Made by a program: the position numbers and the translations under genes
Source of the DNA: Catajapyx aquilonaris
Lineage: Eukaryota
Assembly (NCBI GenBank): GCA_000934665.2
Contig: KZ538868.1
Coordinates: forward strand, 62,001-126,000
DNA length: 64,000 nucleotides
Direction of reading: 5' to 3'
Notes under the pieces: model-generated
What the model saw: only the letters and a program-made list of their open reading frames with translations
Told to the model about the DNA's origin: nothing
Database searches by the model: none
Shown: positions 56,301-64,000 of the stretch, in pieces
Position numbering within the stretch: position 1 is the first letter of the stretch
Layout of the letters: every line of letters begins with the position of its first letter

Positions 56301-59300
56301 TTTGTACAGGAAGGTGCACTGCCCAAGTGCCTAGTTTAAAAGGGGGATATGAGAAGAAATTATGGACTGTTTACCACAACAGCCATTTTAAATAGATGCA
56401 ACAAGGGAATATGGCCCTGGGTTTTTTCTTCCAAGAGGTTGCATCTTTTTTAACAGTTTGCTGCTGTAAACAATTCATATCTATTTTCCTTACTTGATTT
56501 TGAACTGTGGGACTGAGGCATTGCATCAGTGTAACTTTGTTGCAATATATGTAGTTAATAATAAATATTGGACTGTAAATGAGGTACTTACCGAAGAGCC
56601 TCAACCTCTTCCTCCTTTTCTGTAAGGCGGCGTTCCATGTCATGGCGGTACTGAGCCATCTCAGCAGACATGCGTTGGGCGCGTTGCTCCTCTGCCTTGC
56701 GTCCCTGTTTTTGCAGAAAGGCATAGGTAACTTAATAAATATTCTAACTAGCAGAGTTGTCTTTCTTAAGTAGAAGGAAAGCTACTGGAAATTTTATAAT
56801 AACAGAACATAATTATAATTATTTTTGTACCACAATTTTGCTGATTTCCCCTTTCATAGGGAAATGTCATAATGTGCAAGATATTCCCCTGACATCTGAC
56901 ATGATTTTAAAGGCTCCAGAATTACAAATGATGTAGGTATATGTTTGGCAACTTAATAGTAGTAGTAGTAGTTTGGCCTGTAGGACCTTCAAAAAGGTTG
57001 GGTCAGCCCTCTAAACTAACTTGAATTAATTACTATTTACGATGTTTTTTGTTAGAATGCACTTACAGCTTCAGCCTCACGGTAGGCAGCAGAGAGCTCG
57101 TCACGCTCATTTTCCAGGCGGCGGCACTCAATCTCCAGCTCATGGTACTTGCGGGTGTAGTCTGTCAGCTGGTTCTTGGTGTCGTGCAGGTCGTCTGTGA
57201 GCTTCTTGTTCTCCCTGGCCAGGGCATCCTTGTGCTCACGGGTCTTGTCCAGTTCGTGGGTAATCTGAGTGAGCATCTGGGTTTTGACGCGCAGTTCCTT
57301 TGTTGATGTTTCATAGAGAACAGTCAGCTCTTCCAGCTTGCTGCGCAGGTCGATAGTCAGCCTTTCCAGCTGCTCAGATCGCTTCTGCAGTTCCCTGGCC
57401 GTGTTGTTAGCCTTCTCCAGGTCGATGATGAGGACCTCCACCTCGCTCTGGAGGCGAGACTTCTGCTTTTCGAGGCCACCCACTTTGGCCATCAGGGCTG
57501 AGATGTGCTCTTCCTGTTCAGTGAGGCGGGCTTGGAACTTGCGGCGCATCTCCTCCAGCTCTTCATGGCGGGCATGGGCCTCAGCCTCATACTTGGTCCT
57601 CCAGGCCTGCACATCCCCAGTTGCCTTCATCAGCTGACGCTCCATGTCCAGGCGAGCCTCAGCCTCCTCCTCCAGCTGGACACGGACGGACTCCAGCTCC
57701 AGCTCCACCGTGTGCAGCTGACTCTCCAGGGTGCTGCGGCGCTGGAATATGACAACAGAAAATGAAATTGACATTGTCAAGCTTTTGCTGCAGCTAGTTT
57801 TCAAGTCATAAGGAGGGACTCCATGCCGCATGCTTAAAAAAAAGGGAAACTTGGTGTTGAGCTGGCAGAAGTAAGGAGTGTTTATCCAATTAGTCTATTG
57901 ATTCATTAGGTTACTGCAGAAATGAAATACTGATACGGTGCACTACCATTTTATGTTGGAACCACATGACAGACCATTTGTTGTCCCTTACATTTTTACT
58001 TGCTAGTTCATTAATTACTTGTGCCATTGTTGAATTTTTTGTGAATTTTTTTTTTTGCTAATTGAACACTACATTGGAGTTGTTTAAGACACTTGGAATG
58101 TAGTGTCCTGTAACATTTGTGTTGAGACCAGTAAGAAAATTGTTAACTTTTGCAGTAGTAATCGTCATAGTAGTAGTAATGCATAAGTGCAGGGCTCTAC
58201 TTACACGATCCTCATCCTCCAGGCGGCGCCTAGCTTCCTCCAACTGTGACACCACTTGAGACCTCTGGTAAGTAATGTGCTCAATGGATACCTTCAAATC
58301 CTGAACTTCCTTAACCAGCTCGATGTTTTCCTGTGGAAATCATGCCATGTTAGCAGACTGAGCAAGATTGGATACAGGCTTACTGGTAACTCACTTGGGA
58401 GATGCGGGCCTTGATATTGGTGATGTCAACAATGGTGCGGTTATACTCCTCAATCTTGATGTTCAGCTCATGAACATGGATCTCCAGTTTCTCAACCTGT
58501 TTCACTGCAACCACCTGAAAACATGTTGGAAATCAGTAAGATCAGCAGGAATCAAGCAGCTAGGTCAGGCTTACCTTCTCCTTGTTGATAATCTCAACCT
58601 GTGAGAGAAGCTCAAAGACTTCCTGCTGGAACTTGGTCTTTTCCTTCTCTGCCCTAAAATGAAAAGATTTTTAGCAAATTTTCCTTGTTTTCATTTACTT
58701 TAAAGAGCACTGATCCAGAACAAAGCTTTTGGGATTTTCAGTGTCTAATAAAGAGGGTTTGGCTTCTGATAAGCTTGACTTTGCTATGCTACGGTATTTT
58801 TTAAATTTATATATATATATATATATTGGTTAGACCTAGGGCATTCTCAGCCTTCATTTCCACTTGTTGAATGTATCAAGTGTTCACATTAGTGCATGTC
58901 AAGGAATTGGCCATACACTTTGTTATGAATCACACATGACCATTAAAAGGATCTAATACCGGTATCTCTATGAAAATGATTATGCATAATCGTGACTAAT
59001 CACTATCAGGGACACAATTCATAGGCATATGCAGTAGACGTAGATAAATACTTTTGGTAGTGTTCAGTTCACACATAATTACTGAATATAATCATATACT
59101 TGGATGGCCAAAAAAGATGTCTGATGTATGCATTCAATTGTGGAGCCTGGTTTCTTGAAAAATATTTAATTTTGTGAAGTGGTTTTTAAAGTTATGCTTC
59201 TTAATCACCATGCCAATATCTGTGCTGCTGCTTGTGTTAAATTGCTACCTAAATGAAGAGCTGTTTCTTTGATTCTTGTTCGTCTCATTATTTTGAACAG

Positions 59301-62300
59301 TCTGCTGACAGATAAATTTAATCTGAGCCTGTTAATGACAATTTTGAGTGCAATTGAATACATGTTGGTATGCAACATTGTAACACTGATATCTGTAAGA
59401 TAGACCCACCTGAAATGATAAGAAATTATTTGATCCCTTCAATGTTCTGTTGTTATTATTATATATCTAGAATTTGGAGGATGTACACAAGATTTAACAT
59501 AATGTAGCATAGGATTATGATTTTGACACCGGTAAGAATCCATTGGTTGGTTCAAATAAAAATGCAGTAAAATTCAGTCAGGTTTCACTATGCTAGTATT
59601 CATTTTCAGGGATGTGTTTAGAATTTATATTTAGAAAGAATATCTGATGGTTGTCGAGTTTCAATTTAATAAAGAAGAAATTAGCAAAATAAACAGCAAG
59701 CCATTTTCAAAATGTGCAACCAGAAGGAGCCGTATCTGACATGTGTGAACACCATGGGAACAGTGATTCAGAATAGAAACTATCAACATTTTAAGCAGAA
59801 TTTTAAGTAGTAATTTGCGACTGATTATATTTTGTCATTATATTCTGCACATAGGATCTGAGACTCCTTGCAAGTAAAATGTACCTGGTAAATGTGAAAA
59901 TCCTTTACTTATAATTTGTGCAACAGTAATTTCCTCTAAGAACGGAGCAGTTAAATTTTGTAATGACTGCTAACAATGGTGCATGAGTAGTGTGAAGTTG
60001 TATGTGCAGGAGTGTGAAACACTGACTTCATGCACTTACAACTCCATTCCATGTACAGTGTTGGACATTAATTATTGCATCATACTGCAAGCAACATTTT
60101 TCCGAAGCGGCAGAAGAACGAATTGAAGGAATGGATAGTGCAAGCCATGCGAGCATGATTCATTCTTCTGCCACTTCGGAAAATGTCGCTAGCAGTATGA
60201 TGCGATTAATGTCCAACACTGTACCATGCATTAGTGCTTGTGAATTACCCACAGTTGACACAGAATTTTGTCAACATATGTGATGAAAGTGCAGCAGTTG
60301 AAGTGTAGACATTTTTAGATCAAGAATAGCTTGGTCTATACAAACATTATGCAATGATTGCATAGCATGCCCATTGACTGAATTTTAATACATAATTTCA
60401 GAAATATAATAATCCACTTTGCAATATATTGCAATCTGAGAAGTGAGTAAGGTTTTCAACGTCAATTTTGTCCATGCACTTGTATGGATGGAAAGGTTGG
60501 GACATTGGAGTGGAGAGAAGGAAAGGAGAGAAGCAGAGTAAACCAGTGCTGCTAAGGTAGTAGACATCCAACAGAAGTCTAAAAATACATGGAGGTTCCA
60601 TAGCAAAAAGGGCAGTTGGCCAGGAGGATGGGAGCCCCGCTAAGCGAATACAGTATCTTGTGTCATTACCACCACATAGCTGCCAGGAGCAAGTCGCAAG
60701 GAAAGACATGAGCATTTACCCCTTTATTTTGAAAGAAACTGCAAAAGTGACTAGTCCAGATGCTGCAGGGAAAATAGATGCAGCAATAAACTTCTCCTCT
60801 ATTGACCTGCTACAACTGGCCAACTGCTACTGCAATAAACATTCTCTGCTCTGTGTTTTGCTATGTTGCAATGTCTTCTTGTTGAATGAATGCTTACCTA
60901 GATTTTACGCTCTACTTGGGCTGTATCCAAGCCGTACTTGGACTGTTACGTACTTGCTGAGTAATTTTCATAGTGTCATAGAAGTGTATACCCAAAGAAA
61001 AGAGTTAGGGACATGGAAAACTCACTTGGACTTGATCTTTGCCAGCTGATCAATCTGTTCCTGGAAGTCTGCGACAGCCTCCTGGTGCTTCCTGCGCAGG
61101 ATGTGCACAGTTTCTTCTGACTCCATGTGGACATCTTCAAGCAACTTGCGCAGCTTGGCCAGCTCAGCATCACGCTTCCTGTTGATCTCCAGCTGCAACA
61201 AGGTAAGATAATTATTTTTATTTTTTGCAACAAGGAGAATTTAGAATTTCTACTACATTATGGACTATACAAGCAGTCAAAATTGCAAATGCTAATTGGT
61301 AAAGTAGAGTTGAATGAAAGCCACTGACCTGGCCTTCAACACCACCTTCAGCTTCTTCCAATCTCTCAGATAACTGGAGTACCTGAACACTGTAGTCAGC
61401 CTTTTCTCGTTCAATCTAAGGGGAGAAAGATATCATCTGTTGAGATACAGTTTAAAATGGACCATTAAATCATGCAATGTGCTGGAGGAAGTGGTAGGGA
61501 TTAAGAAAACAAATGTTGCCAGAACAACTTCCTCAAAATTTTGGCTTGTCAGTGCCTGAGCTGTGCTACCTCACTATCTTTTGGGCTGCGGTTCTCCTGG
61601 AACTTGCCAACTTCTATCTCACTCCATGTGCGTGAAGCAGACCATGACAGTTAGGGGGTGATATCTTTATAAATTCAGCACGTTCCCTGGTGTGTATGCT
61701 TTATGATCATGGTTTATCCATGACAGTTGAATAGCTTTTTTTTTTGAAATTCCTCATTGTCCATATGTAAATTATTGTGGTTGTTGACTCAGAGTGGACC
61801 ATAACAATCTTCAGAAGTTAAACTTTTTATGGTGGGAATGATAATGTGCAGTCAAGGAGGTGTGAAAAGCAGATGGTATTTTTATGACGTGGAAAGAAAA
61901 GAAGTTGGGAAGGCTAGGTTTTCTTTGGGAGGCCATTCTGCGGCTAGGAGAAGAATCTGGGTTTGAGAAACTGAACTTCTGGCTCGGAGGCTGCCTCAAA
62001 GCTTTAACCTCTTTTATGTACGTGTGTTCCTTGGTGTGGTGTGCGGAGTGGGTACAGAGTGTGTGGGAGGTGGGTGGTGTGGGTGGAGGCTCGCATTTCT
62101 GTGTGGATGCTCCTGCTTAGGGATGCCAGAAATAGGGAGCAGCCATGTAGCCAAAAGACAGCAGTACTGTCATCTCTTGCACTACTTCTTCTTTCCTTCC
62201 AAGCTGAGTTGAGTGCCAAAAGCAGGTCAACTTCTGCCATTTTACATGACCAGTTCTGCAATACTGTCATTGCATTTACCAGTTTTCTTGCATATTGATC

Positions 62301-62777
62301 ATGTTTAGGAAGACCAGGTTGACACGAATTATTGTCAGTGACAAAACAAAGGCAGATATTATTTTCCTATGACTTCTAACGATGCATTGCCTCTCTTGCA
62401 ATATTTTAGAGATCTGTTCCGGCTGCTGTTGCACACGGTTGCATTAAGAATTAACCATCTGCAATTATGGTTATAAATGATTCTTATATGAAAAGGCTAT
62501 GTGAGTACATTTGTTTTCATGATAAGAGTGAAACTATGATCTTAAAATTTTTATGCTTGGTATTGGGAATAACTGCACAAGAAATTGTCAAGTTGAAAAA
62601 GTCAGAATGTATAGCACAGTGCTTTCTCTGTGTGGCCTAAGAATGCAGAATATGTTGAGGATTTATAATTTATTATGTGAGGACAGGGTTAGATGTGGGT
62701 TGAATGAAGTGGGGCCTTACCCTCTGCCTCAGCTCTCTCTCGGCTTCAAGATCCTCCTGGAGCAGGCGGATCTTGTC
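53314..62777 (-). CDS. Prm: Paramyosin, long form (5' exon(s) not found within the window)
   Basis: Thirteen phase-consistent exons: 62777-62721 ([19 protein letters not shown]), 61415-61329, 61192-61026, 58653-58575, 58514-58395, 58330-58205, 57741-57067, 56704-56592, 55515-55320, 55158-55030, 54632-54261, 53888-53688, 53511-53314. Myosin-tail coiled coil ending [35 protein letters not shown]...TESY. Confidence 0.96.
55581..55837 (-). CDS. Putative alternative first coding exon of miniparamyosin (short paramyosin isoform)
   Basis: ATG in CAAG-ATG context at 55837, then 85 codons plus TG, ending at a phase-2 donor TG|GTGCCT (55580). A 65-nt intron leads to the phase-2 acceptor of the [11 protein letters not shown] exon at 55515. 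Confidence 0.65.
55950..56010 (-). promoter_or_regulatory. Putative intronic muscle promoter for miniparamyosin
   Basis: TATA-like TATATTAAG (55970-55962), E-box CATCTG (55986-55991), MEF2-like CTATTTTTGA (56001-56010), and a duplicated 12-mer TCTGGCAAGGGA (55950-55961, 55988-55999). Confidence 0.5.
60056..60221. mobile_element. Palindromic Tc1/mariner-type MITE in a paramyosin intron
   Basis: TA TSD, with termini CAGTGTTGGACATTAAT / ATTAATGTCCAACACTG. The arms pair over roughly 60 bp. Confidence 0.9.
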
Positions 62778-64000
62778 CTGGTGGGAACAAAACATGAGAA
62801 TTTATGCAATTAATTCAACTGCTTCATTGGTAAGCTGTTTTAGTCTAAATCATTCCTTTATCAGTGTAATATCTTTAAACATTGGCAGTGTACCTGTGCA
62901 AGTACAATAATGCTATCATGCCTTGTAATAGGACTCGAGCCCGCTATGGCAAGATCGGCATTATATTTTTCTTTTCAAGTTGACAGCATTTCCATAATTC
63001 ATTAAAGATTTCTGTCTCAGCAAATGTTAGAAGATGGGAAATGTATTGAAATGCGGATGTGCAGGTCTTGATTTCAATTTCATATGATTTCTTCAGTTCA
63101 TGTCATTGAGTTATGTGACAAGTGCAAGCTGTCCCTTTTTGATACGACAATGCTTAATTACAATGAGTTTGACAATAATTTTTAAACTTTATTTGTTGCA
63201 ATATTTATACCCTGCTGAAATAGCCTTACAGGCCATATTTTTTGCACACTTTAACTAACAATGTGAAAGTCTGACCAATCGGAACTGTCACTGATGACAT
63301 ACCTGAATTTTATTATCGCATTTTCTCACCTACAGTAGTTACGAATTCAGCTCCACTTTGCAGCAAATTTCGTACTAAATTGGCAATTAAACATTACCTT
63401 ACGATATACCTTCTGAATAAGGACACTAGTTTATTCATGGTTCAGGTTTATAAGGGCAACACACCTGGGTGCAGAGGCCGCATTTGGAGGCACTGTTAGT
63501 AGGGCAGTAAGAAAGCGCGATGATGTAACGAAGGCAGAACAGGCGTAAAAGTGAGCCTCGTATTTATAGTTTTGTGCCCGCCGTATATACGGCACCAGTG
63601 TCGTGGCAAATCGGCATTGGCTGCTTTTCTCAGAGCGAAGGACAAGTCCTCCCATTGCTCTCCAGTTCTCCAGGCTAAGGAACGCACCCCAATGTCGACA
63701 TGCGCAACCCAATTCCAATCCTACATTATCCAATTAAAAATGAACAATACAGCTTGCACATCCATTGTTTTTGAAGTAATCACGCCTGCATCTATTCTTC
63801 CTTCCTTCCGTCCTGGCAGATATTCAGGGAAATGCTCGCTGAAGACTAAATTTAAAAACCCACTTCATACGCCAGGAATTTGTCCACCGTCAGCACTTCG
63901 AAGTGTGGTGGCTGTGGAGGCGCCTCGTGAGCCTTTTACTGCACACATTGGGCTCACTTCCAAAAAATTTCCGAGGCTCTGAACTTTGTTTCCCTATACA

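Noticed and set aside
62004..62270. 88-aa intronic ORF ([14 protein letters not shown]...) as an alternative paramyosin exon or Harbinger relic
   Set aside because: No convincing phase-compatible splice sites or diagnostic motif.

Overview
Eukaryotic, intron-containing DNA from an arthropod, probably an insect (DRE promoter motifs, insect-type paramyosin and Ets65A). There is no prokaryotic operon, CRISPR array or rRNA. Five protein-coding genes were reconstructed by hand from splice signals and reading-frame phase. (1) The 5' exons of an Ets65A/D-ETS-3 (ERG/FLI1-type) transcription factor lie on the minus strand, and its >19 kb intron fills the left third of the window. (2) TRPC4AP/TRUSS is complete: 8 exons, 794 aa, minus strand. 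(3) NUDT21/CPSF5 is on the minus strand. (4) MCPH1/microcephalin is on the plus strand, head-to-head with NUDT21. (5) The 3' part of paramyosin is on the minus strand and contains a hidden internal first exon that would produce a miniparamyosin isoform. Introns and intergenic DNA carry many mobile-element relics: a tRNA-derived SINE with a perfect 14-nt TSD, an internally deleted mariner, two hAT/Charlie-type elements, several TA- and TTAA-flanked MITEs, a Helitron and an RTE LINE fragment. One 353-bp MITE closely resembles the mammalian MER2 (Tigger) consensus as I recall it. I found no convincing wholly novel system. The best leads are the miniparamyosin-like internal promoter and exon, and the MER2-like element as a possible horizontal-transfer link. 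Family assignments come from recalled sequences, not database searches.
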